Assembly: GCA_002633005.1 (NCBI GenBank)
Contig: NMRA01000059.1
Span: forward strand, 609,883 to 673,882
Direction: 5' to 3'
Origin: Phoronis australis
Lineage: Eukaryota; Animalia; Phoronida
Length of the DNA: 64,000 nucleotides
The notes beneath the pieces are model-generated. The model made no database searches and had not been told where the DNA came from. It saw only the letters and a list, made by a program, of their open reading frames with translations. Shown in pieces: positions 27,826 to 40,719 of the stretch; the first letter of the stretch is position 1; each line of letters opens with the position of its first letter. The position numbers were made by a program, and so were the translations under genes.

Positions 27826-28358
27826 GACAAAAAATCTAGTGTCTGTAAACCCTTCGAGAAACAGGTACCGGGCTACCTCAGTCACTGAGCGTATATTTCA
27901 ATAATCTCTTTCGACCGATGAAATGTATTCCATTTTCTTAAAAGGGTGAAAAAACGAAAATCAAATTCAAGAGCCACGCAGCACAATACACCTTCAGTGC
28001 GTTGTAGAGCCTATCTCAGTGGGAGCGTGGTACTTATATAAGGACACGTTACACTGTTGATACTTCAGAAAACAATAAATGATGGCACGAAAATGTGAAT
28101 TATTACAGCGTCGATTCCAAACAATGGGACCTGCCAACGCCACAGTGACGATAAATGCAAGTGGGAAAAAGTTGGAACTAGAAAGTGGAAAAGTACGTGC
28201 ACAGACAACTGCAAAGGGAAGCATCCGGATGGAATGACAGACGAGCACAAGTCGGACACGTGCGAGTGGATTAAAGGAACCTATTGCGGGGCGAACCTGC
28301 GGAGTACTACTACTTCTGCCGTTGTGTCTGCGGTCGCTACACGTTGACTAATCTCTAA
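27826..28358 (+). pseudogene. Frameshifted family member 5 with a decayed exon 1
   Basis: Acceptor TTACAG|CG at 28109. The exon reads SIPNNGTCQRHSDDKCKW...STCTDNC...EHKSDTCEWIKGTYC, then shifts frame near 28287-28292; the terminal YYYFCRCVCGRY is in another frame (stop at 28358). An upstream relic at about 27826-27864 encodes SVNP and has a GT donor, like exon 1 at 50180 (MSFRSVNP), but lacks an ATG. Confidence 0.7.
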
Positions 28359-30581
28359 GGTCAGGCGAAACCATCCGAAAATAAATGAAGAAACGTTTTC
28401 GAAATAGTCCTTATAATCTGAATGCTATTGCTATTCTTTGACCGAGCTTATATTATAAAACTTTAATCAGCTTTTTAATTACTATTTTATCTTTTTCATA
28501 TTAAGTATTTGCGCGCAAGTTTTAATGTTATTTCATTCGCGTCTTCACTCCAAAACATTTCATGGTTATAGCGCAACGTAATTGTAGCCTGTGATATAAA
28601 CAGCAGATGATCCACGATTTTAATGGACATTTGCGCAATCGTAGTTCTAAACAGAGAACTGCATAACCATTAATGTCGTGATCAGAATTATGAAAGTCTA
28701 TGTGAGCTTCACTTTTTACGTCAATTCCCACCAATTTCAACGCGTGGTCAAGTTCGCCCAACAAATCTACAATTATATGAAATGTTTGCGCACGTTTACT
28801 TGAGATGATAATGTAATGATTGTCACTTATAGTAATTGTGATTGTAATATTGCAGAGTTTCCTTAATTAAAAGTGTGACTGTAGTGAAGTCATTGAGCCT
28901 TTGTCGAAGCATACGATAGCGGTGCGAGTTACTGGGCCTTCCGTCACACACCGTTACTGGACAACCTGAAAGTCGTTATACTAGGCAACTCTCTGAAAGT
29001 CGTTATACTAGGCAACTCTCTCGTCGTACGTGTTACATGAGACACAAGCTTGCCCTTTGTCCAGTAGGGCCTGGCTGGTAATGGTTTGGTGATGCCCGGG
29101 ACGATTTGTTATGAGATGCCCCTCTCTACAATATTACTGAAAAATGTTTGAAAGATGAAACATAAAGTGAAACTTAATTCAATTTCACAACAAATCAGTC
29201 ACAATTTTCAAAAGATTTGTTCGTAGTGATTGAGTGGATGTCCCCATCACCTCTTTAAAAAGAGTCTTAAATCGTTCCTTACTCACACCACAAGTGATTT
29301 TTGGGTTTGTAAAGAACTGTCGACTGTTATTGCTTGAAATCATAAGTTGGATTCACTCGATTGAAGGTTTCATACGCCAAGCTTGGACAGAGACCATAAA
29401 GTACGCGCCCAGACGTCACTTCTGCTGTCAACAAGTGACAAGTAAGAGTTGTAGAGATACACGTTAGTCACGATATTCATTAAGAAATACAATTGCGTTT
29501 TCATGTTAAATTAATCTTAAAAATAATTATAGCAACCCCGTGAAAGGCCAGAAGAGTACGCCGGCTACGGAGCAACTGCAGCTATTGAAACCAGGGCTGA
29601 GTGAGTTCCTTAGCCGAGATCCAAGAGATCAGTATAGTTCATGCTTATCTTGGTCACACTTATCCGTTTAGCAGACTTTATAAGGGGTTTACAATTGTTT
29701 GTAAAAACTTTTGAGGATTGTTGAAAGTTACAGAGCAATAGTTTATTTCAGAGAACTGGATTGGAAAGTGGTTATTACTATAATATGTTATATGGCCAAA
29801 CCGGGTTGGGTGTCCTTTTAAGTTTTACTGGAAGCGTAGCCTCTGTTAGGAATCGTTGATTTATAACAAAATCCCTAAAACACAACAATCCTTCCCAAAA
29901 GCACGCCCAAAATGCAAAACCCCTTATGTAATTTTAAACAACAGGTAAATTCCAAAAGGTCCGCCCGTAGAAACGCTTGATAAAGAACCTAAATAAACGA
30001 AATCGTGAGCAATTATGCGCATCCCATACGCCTTATGCAATTAAGGGGATTGTTAATTTATTTCTGTTTTTGTTGATAAAGGAAGTTGTTACATCCGAAA
30101 ATTTCAAATTTCAGTTGATCCATTCTTGTTGTTTTATTTACCGATTTAATTTGAAAAAAATCCCGACAATATAAAAGATCTTTTTAAAATCATAGAAAAT
30201 CAAAAAAATGAAAATTCAAACTAAACGACTTTCACAAAATCCTAATAAGCAAACTTAAAAGCTACCAGGTAAATTAATTGACAAGAGGAATTGGACGTTT
30301 TATTGTTATGCATGCAATTCGCTCGATTGAAAATCCCTAATCAAGTAGACCACACGATTGTGCGGAATTTGGCAATGAGTTAGCGCAATCGGTGCGAAAA
30401 ACAAGCACTGCAGCTTAATGATAAAGCTACGCAGACGAGATAAAACCAGTCAATGAATTAGAACTTCAGGACTATACAACTGAATAGTTAATGTTGCGTA
30501 CTTAGTCAGTCTGGATAAACGAATAAACTCAGTGGTACAGGAGTAAAGGAGAGCAAGTGTAGGACGAAACACAACAGAAGT

Positions 30582-30842
30582 ATGAGCTTCAAGCAAGTCC
30601 CGCTCAGGAGACAGAACGAGGCTCAAAGGGTTCCTTCTTGGAGTGTCAAGCTTAGATATGATTATGAAGTGCACAAACATAGCGAATGCAGATGGACTCA
30701 AAAGGGGGATGAATGGACTCGGACATGCAAATGTGGTAACCAAGAAGACGGAGAAAAGGAATTCTGTGGATCGGGAGAATGCAAATGGATGAAGAAAATG
30801 TACAAGAACGATCATTACTTGATCCATCGCTGTCATTGTTGA
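30582..30842 (+). CDS. Family member 6, intronless, 86 aa
   Basis: Single ORF MSFKQVPLRRQ...YEVHKHSECRW...RTCKC...FCGSGECKW...YLIHRCHC*. An exon-1-like basic MS N-terminus is contiguous with the Cys domain. Confidence 0.8.
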   Translation: MSFKQVPLRRQNEAQRVPSWSVKLRYDYEVHKHSECRWTQKGDEWTRTCKCGNQEDGEKEFCGSGECKWMKKMYKNDHYLIHRCHC

Positions 30843-32580
30843 GGTTACAGCTTGGATACAAGAAAATGTGGAGGCTATACGCGATCAAACGTGGAGGCTT
30901 TACGCGATCAAATGTGCAGGTATACGCAATCAAACGCCCAGTAATAGAGCTCGTGGCGGATGCAGTACAATAGCGAACTAAGTAATTATATGTCAAACAT
31001 CCGCATGGGAAAGGTTTAAAGTCCCTCTATGGTAGTCGCACTGGAACCTTTTGTTATTGACGGTCAAGAAGAGTAAAAAGTATAAAGTAAAATAACGAAC
31101 GTCGTAACTAAACTATATTAAAAGATTTTGAGATACATTAGTACCGATGTTCGTCGTTTTACTTACTGTTTTACTGAACCTTTTATGTTATGTTATAGAG
31201 AAGTTATAGTAAAGAGAATGTTTCTTATTTGCTTCGTTGCAGGCCACATGAATTTGAAGGCGAGTTTCTCAAAATACACAATGTATGTCGAGCTCGGCTA
31301 TGTTTTGGTGACCCAAGACTTTAGCCTGCTCTTGCTGCGAATCTTTTTCGCTTATGAAACAAAACATGAACAGCGAATTCTAACCCATGATTCATGAATT
31401 GTATTGTATAATTGAACAATATTAATGTCCTCAACCTCATCGACCTATCACTTTGTTGGGTTACGCTGGTAAGACCTCGAGTGTAATCGCGAAACACTTG
31501 CAAGTCTCGCGTGATGTGCAATCTGCTTGTTCTTGCTTTTCTCGCAAGAAACTTGGCCAGAAGGCTACCCTGATCCTGAACCAGCACATTCTCAGTATAA
31601 ATGCAGGATGTTTCAAGTCGCCTTTTTCAATGAAGCTAAAACTTAAATATTGTAAATTGGACAATCATTACTTTTATGAGATGTGACTATTTGTGATAGG
31701 ATTCACAACCTTGCAAGTGACACGGGCTGAAATAAATCGGCCAGGGGAATTGCAACAGACGGTGGATTATTCATTGGATGCGACCCAAGGATAAATAAGC
31801 TAAAGATATACATGTACACGGATATAGATTAGAAACTACATTAGCAAAATCGGATTATTCCGTTAATCTCGTAAACGTGACAAATAGCAGGGGGAAGTTG
31901 CCAAGCGAGATTATGAGAGATTATGCGCGCTTTTGGAAGAGAAATCCTGCAACTTTTACGTGACATTATGGCTAGAATGTTCTACCGCAATATGTATGGA
32001 AGGCACGGTCACAGCGGTTTACAGTTCGACGCTTTGCTAATAGAGCTAAAGCCAATGTGACAAGATATGGTCACTGGACTCGACTCCAGATAATTCTACT
32101 GAATGACTAGAAGTCAACGTTGGGAATGGCCAATTTTAATGAAATGATAAAAACACCACGGATTTTGGTATTTTATAGGTCAGATCAAATAACTTCACAA
32201 AGATTATCAAAATGAAAAATCGCTTGTCATTTCACCTCAACAAACGCTACATTTGACCATAGTAACTTTACCATGTTTCACATCTTTGCCCTTTTATTTC
32301 CATAAAAAAGGAAGTCAAGCTCAGAAGAATTTGGCAGAAAACGCAACATTGATACTGTTCATCCCTCAGCCACCGCAGGTCCAAATGGTCAAAGCGTCCC
32401 AAACTATCAAAACCTGTGAACTGTAGCATTTTAGGTCAGCGTTCATTGCTGGCTCAAATTGTCATAATCGCTTGCCAAAACTGTCGCAACAACGTATAAC
32501 GTGTCAATGGAATATTATGGCTACAGTGACGGAATGCTATATCAAAAAGGTGTGGATTCCCCATTACGAACTGAAATGTA

Positions 32581-33744
32581 TGGTGGGCCGTTAAGAGGAA
32601 AGTGTCGACGTAAAATTACGCTCGTAATTACGAGCGTAAATTAAATTGCAAAAGTGTTGCGGTAAAATTACGCTTGTAAATTAAATGGGGGAAATGTCAT
32701 CGTAAATTACGCTTGTAAAATATTTAGAACGTTTCAAACCAATCAGTGTTAACCTAACATACACGAAAAACCAATATGGCAACGAATAGACATGGAGATG
32801 ACTTTCTGTTGAATGTGCAGCGAATTGTAAATGACACGCAGCAGCGATTTGATTAGCCATCTCGATGATTCAGTGCTCGTAACCTGTCAGTAAATAAGAA
32901 TTTAGGTGGCACTGGACAGTTAGACTGGTGCCGTGGCCAATTTGCACTCCCGAAATGTTAAAATGTAGGGGTAGGCCAGACTTGGGGACATTTTTAGTTA
33001 GGTATTGTATGTAGGCCAAGTGAATGTGGTTTGTTTGTATTTGCTGAGAATTAAAAAGGCCACTTGCTCGGCTGTAGCTGCACTCTTCTTCAAGAAGGCG
33101 GCCCCCTGTTGCAATTGTGCATTGCTGTGTAGCAACTGAGAAATTGGCCGCGATTTCAGGTGGACCTCAAACAAGCCAGATTTACAAAAAAACTAGTAGG
33201 TTGACAGTACTTTTAGACCACATTTTTGGAACTTGTAGGAAATTTGCTTTCGGAATCTAATGTTGGCTTTAGTCGAGGATCGGCAGGGAAGTGGTGGTTT
33301 TGGGGTGAAAAGTGCCGATTTTGCATTTTTGCCCTTACTTTTCTTAGTCTAGCTTGGTTTCTACTGGTAGTGAAAGGGTCAAAAGTATAAGAGAGAACAA
33401 ACTTTCTGTGCTCATCTGTAGGGCTTGTGATCTGTAATGATTCAAAACTTTTCTTTATTTGCATGCAGTTTTCGACAAAGTGAAGAAAGGGTGAAGAGTC
33501 CATTGACGTGTGTTCTGATAGGCAAACCCCTCTGAGAACTGCTAAGTGCCTCCTTACATGAGCACGCGCGAATGTGAGTTGTAAAACCAAACGTCATTGG
33601 CTAAGTCGGAATTCAAATTCAATTACGAGGGTTAATTTAAGCCGTAAAAATTAAATCACGCTCGTAATTTTACGGCGTAATTAACGGTGTAAGTAACGGC
33701 ATAATGTATATAATTACGCTCACTTTCCCCCCAACGGCCCATCA
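32581..33744. mobile_element. ~1.16-kb non-autonomous DNA transposon
   Basis: TIRs TGGTGGGCCGTT...GGAAAGTG and CACTTTCC...AACGGCCCATCA, flanked by TA on both sides. Subterminal AATTACG repeats occur at both ends. No transposase ORF. Confidence 0.7.
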
Positions 33745-35336
33745 TAGAAAACACTGCTGTGTTAAAACCAGGGGTGTGTTCAGTAGACGCTAGGACCTAC
33801 GCTAGGACCTAGCTAAAACCTAGTCGAAGTCACGTGTTCTTATTCAAAATGCACGGCAATTTCGCACGTAATCTCGCGAAGTCTTACTTTTTAGCGAGGT
33901 CCTAGCATTACTGAACGAGAGGCTGTAGTTGCAACGCCGGGTGTACGCAAACGGTCGCCAGCAGATGAGATTCACGCGAGTACATGAATGGACTGCGCTA
34001 GTGTCAGAGCATTTTAATATCATATCTGTATTAGTAGGCCTAGGTTACGTAAGGATTGACTTTATTTGAGGTTAACAATTTACTGTCTGCACCTAGAATA
34101 ACAGTTATGAGCAACAAGGTTTGCGATGACGCTAGCACCTTCTCAAATCTTTGTGGTAATTTTGCACCGTCAGGTGTCGTGCGTATGCTCAATAACGACT
34201 CGACTTTACTGCACTCTTTCCTATTAGTACGACCGGTGAAGCTATGACGGGGGACAAGGGTACGCTTGTTAGCTTCGCTAACCCTGCCGAATGAGGTCTT
34301 CCAATATAAGACAGTCAGGGGCATACCACGTACACTGGGTTACTCTTGCTAACGATTCTGCATATTTGTATCGACTGAAAACTGTCAGTCACATATCAGT
34401 AAACTTAAACTTCTAACTACTGTCATAGTCAACCTTGGTTTTTAAGAATAATTTAGTTCAACTCTGGTCTCTAAAAGTACAAGGAGTCAGACGGTATGCT
34501 AAGTTTTCATTAATACATGTGATTACTTCGAAGTAATAACCCTAAAATATATGATAAAATGATGATTTAGAGCAGGTAATAAGGCTATTAGTTACGAGAT
34601 GAAATGCGTTTTTATTTTGTATAAAAATAATTTAATGCCTAACTTTAAGTAACTGAATGGGCGACTATTGGATGGAAACAGAACACATCTTTGGTCACTT
34701 GAAATAACACTATACACGCGGTGGCACTCTTAAAAACAAACCTTTGAGAAATTTGCTCAAAGTGTGCCAATCACTAAAATCAATCTTACAGTATTGAGTT
34801 TTGTATTACGATGAGTCACAAACCTTCCAGGTCTTTCTATATCTCGTTCGGAAAACCCAAACACAACCAAAGTAGGCCAAGAACACGCATACCAGAGAAT
34901 AAAATGGCGTACAATTGTTTTAGAAACACCATGTGTTTACAGTTGTTGGACAGCAGGGAATCCAGTGTTATAGTTGACCTGAGAAATCTTCTTTATTCAA
35001 TGCCGATGATCAATTACGACCGGTTAGTTATCGCTAAAAATAACACGGCCGAGAAATTTCCCGTAAAACCAAAAACCATTAACGCAAGACATCAACTAAA
35101 CAGCTTTCAACTGAAAACTCCTGACGGGGAATCTAGAAAATATCCTGATAACTTTAAGTAATACAATGAGTTTTAGGCCCTGGTTCAGGTCGCCGGCTCG
35201 ACATAAGATACATTGCTTAGATATTTCCTTCGAATTTTCTTAAAAAGAAGTGGATAAAACCAAGAAAAATGAGACGATCATGTAGCTCAAAGTGAAGAGC
35301 GTATTCACTTGAAACTAACAATGAATCAAGCGCGAA

Positions 35337-35375
35337 ATGAGTGCTCGACCTCCAATTCCCCACAGAAAGTGGAGA
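35337..35375 (+). other. Orphan exon-1-like sequence (MSARPPIPHRKWR|GTAAGT)
   Basis: aaATGAGT start, Pro/basic peptide, strong donor, and a kB-like GAAATTTCCC upstream at about 35053. It is phase 0, however, and I found no matching exon 2. Confidence 0.35.
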
Positions 35376-35709
35376 GTAAGTCAACTTTTATACTACTTAT
35401 CTTGTGGATTCATATATGTCACGGGTTCGCGGTTCACAAGAAAATAAAATAAGACCAGCCACTGCAATTTGAACACATATCAACGATACAGCCACGTTTC
35501 ACAAACTGCGATAAAAGACTGACTCAAACCACGAGGTCTCCAGAGAATCTGCTCGGGCATTTGCCTATTAATGACTAGCAAATAAAAAGCTTGAAGTAGA
35601 CGTCACAGTGGACATCGGAATCATAGCGACTCGCGCGAACGGGGTCAGCTCATCCCGCCACACATACAAGGACTATTTGCCAAAATAAAATTCCCAAGAT
35701 GAATTATCA

Positions 35710-35850
35710 GCGAAAAAATTCCGTATAACATAACATAAATGAAGCCCCGCGTATAGCAAACCCCCGGCGATTGCGATTAAGCGAGTTTCCTGATCTTTCT
35801 TTTTCGGGTATACGAAACGAGCAAACCGGTGCATCCCAGATTCGAGATAT
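35710..35850 (+). pseudogene. Relic promoter and exon 1 of the MSRPV-type subfamily (ATG changed to ACG at 35817)
   Basis: ggtatacgaaACGAGCAAACCGGTGCATCCCAG and the upstream ~100 bp align by eye with ggctatacgaaATGAGCAGACCTGTTCATCCCAG at about 47350-47471. No donor or exon 2 follows. Confidence 0.6.
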
Positions 35851-37899
35851 CAGGACTTCAAATATATATCAGCAACGGCAATTTTATAGAAATAAACACA
35901 TTTCATTTCGCCTTGTGCTTAATTGTAATCTTCCGTGCTGCCCGTTCAGTCACACGTAAACTCCATTCACTACATTCGATAGAGTCTAATAATTCAGTTG
36001 GGGAAAACCAATTTTTGAGTAAACTACGCACGACCTATCCTCTACATACTTCGACTTTAAGAGTAGCAAACAAGCGATTGTGATAATTTCTTTTAAGAAA
36101 AACAACGTTTCAAAATGTTAACTGATTCATTATATGAGTTTATTTCCTGAGTTTGCTTACGTGCTCTTTTGTGAATCGCACCTTTGATGACTCTTAAAAC
36201 ACCTTGAAATTCCTAGAACTCTAGAAACTGTTTTTATTGAATAAATATTCGTGAACGTAAGGAACATCCTTGTGTTTTGGTTTTGGGCTTCTCGTGTATC
36301 AAGAGAACATTTCTGAATAAAATTGAACAAAATAGACGCCATTATTCATTAATTATACAATAAGTCTATAGGGAGATACGTGAAGCAGGATTCAAGCTAT
36401 CAACTTAAAATTTATATTTGCAACAACAATTTTAAGGAAATGAGCACATTTCATCTCGTTATGTGTTTAATTATAAACATTCGTGCTGCTCGTTCAGTCA
36501 CGAGTTAAATTCCTTCACTGTATTCAATAAAGGCACAGTGTGTAAAATACATGTGTGTTTATATTCAATGATTGATATGATAAATTGCCATAAAACAAAA
36601 CACTTGTGCCTATGCGAAACACTCGACTACTGTTCGAGACTTCACTCGAAAACTGACCTGATTCACATCGAGCTAAGTTAGACTCCTGCTACACAATTGG
36701 CCAGTTTCCTCGTGAGGTCTCCGGTCATTTATCCTGCACACTTCAACAAAACCAACCGCACTTGCAAGTAGGACAATGCAAAAATGGAGAAATTGAATAG
36801 AAATACATGTGCGTCATCACTGTTGACGATGACGATTAATTGCAAGGGGTAGTCGTGGAAAAGCTAAATTGACAAATTGATGCAGAAAGACAAATTTTTG
36901 TAATTTTGCCGAGATTACGGTGTAAATACATGTACCTTTAAGGCTGTTTTAACAATCAGTCGAGGCACCAATGTCCACCTGTCAATAAGTTAAAGCCACG
37001 CCTTTATTGACTTCACTAGGAGCTGGCATAACGAGAAAAGTGATTTTCTAATGTCAGATTCAACGTGTGATTGAACCTGGAACCCCCTCGCCCCTTACCA
37101 AACGCGGTCCTGGCGGAGAAAACTCCCTCTCGATAACTGTTACACCATTAAACTGGTTGAAACTTCACATTAGATCAAAAGATAACATTAGTTTTGGTGG
37201 CCATGAAAATAATGTATAGAGACTCAAGATGACTTATTGAATGACTTATTGAAACAAAAGAAAATATGTCATTCATAGCATGCGTAAGGTCGACTTTATT
37301 TTTTTCACCAAGTCATCGCGTATTTATGAAGAATTTATAATTGTGTTTTTAAAGAAGCGAACGTAATTTATCGCTCCACAGTTGTTCGATTATAAACACG
37401 AAACCCCGAAACATGACTGATTGCAAAGCAGGCTTGGTGTAAGCTGACCGTAAAGTGCGAGAATAACGCGGCAGGATTCGTTAAGTTTCGAGACTAAGTG
37501 CGAGTCGAGACTGAGTTCGGAGCAGAAACTCTCATGGGATTTGGTTTGTAACATCTTCAAAATTTTGGAGCTCACACTTTCAAGAGTTTTAATTATGAAT
37601 TCATTACGATTTCATGCTATATTTAGTTCTTTAAAAAAGGCCCGAGTCACTGAGATGGGAAAACCCCCGTTGAGTTACAAGTTTTATTTTGCAGCTTGCA
37701 GGAACATTCGTGCCACAAAAATAAGTGTGATGCGGAAAATTTTCCATAATTCGGAATTACACAATACAAGCGTGCGGGAAATTTCTCGTAAAATTCCAGT
37801 ACAATCTTATAAATTCGTTATTCTCGAATCTAAATTTAGTCCAATGAAGGAAATTTTCTAAATACAACCACTAACCAGAAAAACTTGTGGAGAAGAAAG

Positions 37900-38979
37900 A
37901 TGAGCGGCAAGAAACCGATTGGTCCAAGAAAACAAACAAGTAAGACTGTTGTATTTCATTGGAAATTATTTGGGATGAATTTTGAATAGAATAAACTTGT
38001 GGAAGTTAGCTTTGAGCGAAGTTATAAAACTACAAATGCATTGTGACTTTGTAAATTTATTACAAATTTCCAATTACCGCAATTGCCTGTCAAACTTTCG
38101 GTAAAACCTAGGCAGACGTCTTTCAATAAGTACTCGCGTGTGATCTGGCTCAGTGGTAAAGCGGTAGGCAGCTACTTCAGAGTTAATGAGCATGATTACG
38201 CACTGTTGCTAAAATCTGCAAGATTATTTCTCTCGCAGAGAATGTCCCTGCAACAACTAAATAGCAATGAGTATTGTTATTTGCATTAAATATCGGTTTA
38301 AATCCATCCAATTGCACGCTAAATACCCGTGACGGTCACTACATGCAATACAGCAGTATTTTTGTACCTTGGTTAAATTATGTACTCATTTCTCCTATTT
38401 TTACTTACACACATAATTCTTTTAAACACAAATCTAGAAAACAGAGAAACTTGCAATATTGGAGTGAAGGATATCTGCCTACTGTAGACAAAGGAATCTT
38501 ATTCGCATTGGTGAGAATATGCAACTTTTAACTTAAAAATTACAGGAATACGAGAGATTTACGCCTTCGTATTCGGTACTTTTTCAGTTGAATATGGCAA
38601 TCGTACCAACGAAACCACACAAAGAACTTGGTCTGGATGGTTGAAGCCAGTTGGGAGTGCACTCAGTGGATCTTGGCGCTGTGTTTGTAAATGGGTGCCA
38701 AGCACACAGGCGGGTGTCGGTTCCGTGGGCGGTGGTACCTCAAGTGGCGGTTCCCGGAAGGGCAATCCCCCGAGCTGTCGTCCTTGTGGCGGTAGGCCCT
38801 TGGGCGGCAGTCCCGGGGCTGGCAGTCAATCGAGTGGTGGCAATTGGCGCGGCAATGACCGTAAAGGCGCTAGCTCGAGCGGTGGTCACCGGAGCGCTGG
38901 TCACCGGGGCGGCGGTCACCGGGGCGGCGGTCATTCGAGTGGCGGTTCCCGAGCCGGAGGTCGGTCTGGAAAGAAATAA
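37900..38979 (+). CDS. Gly/Arg/Ser/His-rich derivative A, 143 aa; exons 37900-37939 and 38588-38979
   Basis: Exon 1 is MSGKKPIGPRKQT, ending A|GTAAGA (phase 1). The acceptor is TTTTCAG|TT. Exon 2 is EYGNRTNETTQRTWSGWLKPVGSALSGSWRCVCKW followed by a Gly-rich tail (GGHRGGGHRGGGHSSGG...GRSGKK*). Spliced length is 40+392=432 nt. TATAAA lies at 37808. Confidence 0.72.
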
Positions 38980-40719
38980 TTCCTCCCAAAGTTGCTTCAA
39001 CAGAGCTAAGCTTTAAAATCAAGAAATAGGACAGCATCACACTCGTAGAAACGAACGGAATATAAAACGACATTTATACGATTGTGTCGACAGATAAAGA
39101 AACAGCAAGAAATATCAGCTGATACAACGTGTGAGCATAGAGGGAATCAAGAGGGTACTGCGGCCCAGCAGTTGTGACGCTATAACATCTACCAAAAACA
39201 TTTTTACCAAATTAACTGCTATTAGTTTTCTTTATTCAGTTGTTTACTCAGATCCATAAACCATTCACCGTTCATGTAGACAGTCTTTTGAAAAAATAAA
39301 ATTCTTTTCTCACGAGTTATCTTTTCTCACGAGTTATATTTTCTCACGCACCTCATTTTGTTTTTCGAATAAATTTCTTGTCTCATGAACCACACTTTTT
39401 GCTACGCGACCGAATGCACGAGGAATCACGCTCTGGATACAATTTATCAAGACTGCCTGCACATCACAGACCTGATTGGGTACGAGTAACTGTTGGTGCA
39501 AATAGAACGTTGTTCGTTAAGACGCAAAAATGTGGTGAATGAGAAATTAACAAAATTTCGTTGATAATGGTGTCCGTGGAAAAGGACGCTGTTAGTGCGC
39601 GATTCACAAAAGAGAACGAGTGAATAGATTTTGGTTGTCTGGTAGTCTATTGCGAACCTGGTCCTGAGTAGTTTTTTAAATGTCTTGTTGGGCAATATCT
39701 TTACAACAGTGGCGGATAAAGGCTATCACAAGGATGACCCAATATTTTGTCTCGGATAATCGCGCAAAGTACGGTTGCATGCGGGCACCCAGCCTTAAAT
39801 CTAGGGGCTTGAATTTCAGGTCTGAGCCCGGCCCCACACACAAACTAAAAAATTACACATTTTTAAATCTTGTTTCAGACGCATGCTAATTTCCGGGGTT
39901 AATTACCAAACTTAACATTTTCTCACACTCTTGCTCTTTTATTTTTTGTGGCAGCCAAGGGGGGGGAAGCGGTCCCCCCGCACCCCATATATCCGCCTGT
40001 GTACATGGACCACGTGGCGGCTTTTTGTTCTCGTATTTTCTGTATAGGGTGGAGGACTTTTTCATAAAAACTGCTGATTTATGTAAAAACAGTTGAACTC
40101 TGATGCAGACACATGTCGTTAAAAAACGGACTCAATTTGTTCCTTTCTCAGACGAGAAGTATTTTGGGCTAAGAATGAATCGAAAAGGTGACAGTTGGTA
40201 ATAATTACTTGAAGCCATAAACTGATCACTATAGTGTCAGGCAACATTACAGAGCTTGAACCCAAAGAACACTAACTGTTAAGTCACATCAAGTCCTGAA
40301 ATCATATCTAATCTGGGTAAGGAACCTTTTTGAGGCTAATTTCATACAACAGTTATTTGTCTAATTAAAAAGTTCTTTTCTTTAACTATGCATGTTTTAA
40401 AATTGAAGCTCATCTTTGCTGGTAATTTTGAGCGCTTGAAATATCAGGAGTCCCGAGGTGTACAGTCTTAGTGACTGTTTCTCTCCTAACTTATTAGGCT
40501 CACACCACCTATCACCATTGCTCAATAATTCGATTTTATTCAGTAAAGTCTGCGTCACTTGGAAAAACCATTCTTGTTGGACATTCTTTAGGAAAAATAT
40601 TACCGAAGAAATTCCCATTCTCCTAACTATTACGCGGGATTTTCCCCTGTAAACGTCTGGAATATCGAGCAATACATACTTTAAGCTATACATTTTCTAT
40701 TAATAGCCTGTGATATTTT

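Noticed and set aside
31461-31664. Minus-strand CW...RETCKC resembling a decayed family member
   Set aside because: It needs a stop and a frameshift to fit the motif, and has no splice signals or second repeat.
34040-34380. Minus-strand RYKY...QCTWY resembling the start of exon 2 of members 1-3
   Set aside because: The similarity is too short, with no CxC motifs and stops in frame.
37541-37861. 106-aa ORF conserved at 55570-55860
   Set aside because: The conservation is explained by the segmental duplication. It has a non-ATG start, lies over the promoter, and stops differ between copies.
38651-39016. Overlapping Val/Ala-rich and antisense Thr/Ala-rich ORFs
   Set aside because: By-products of the GC-rich Gly-codon repeat; the splice phase selects the Gly frame.
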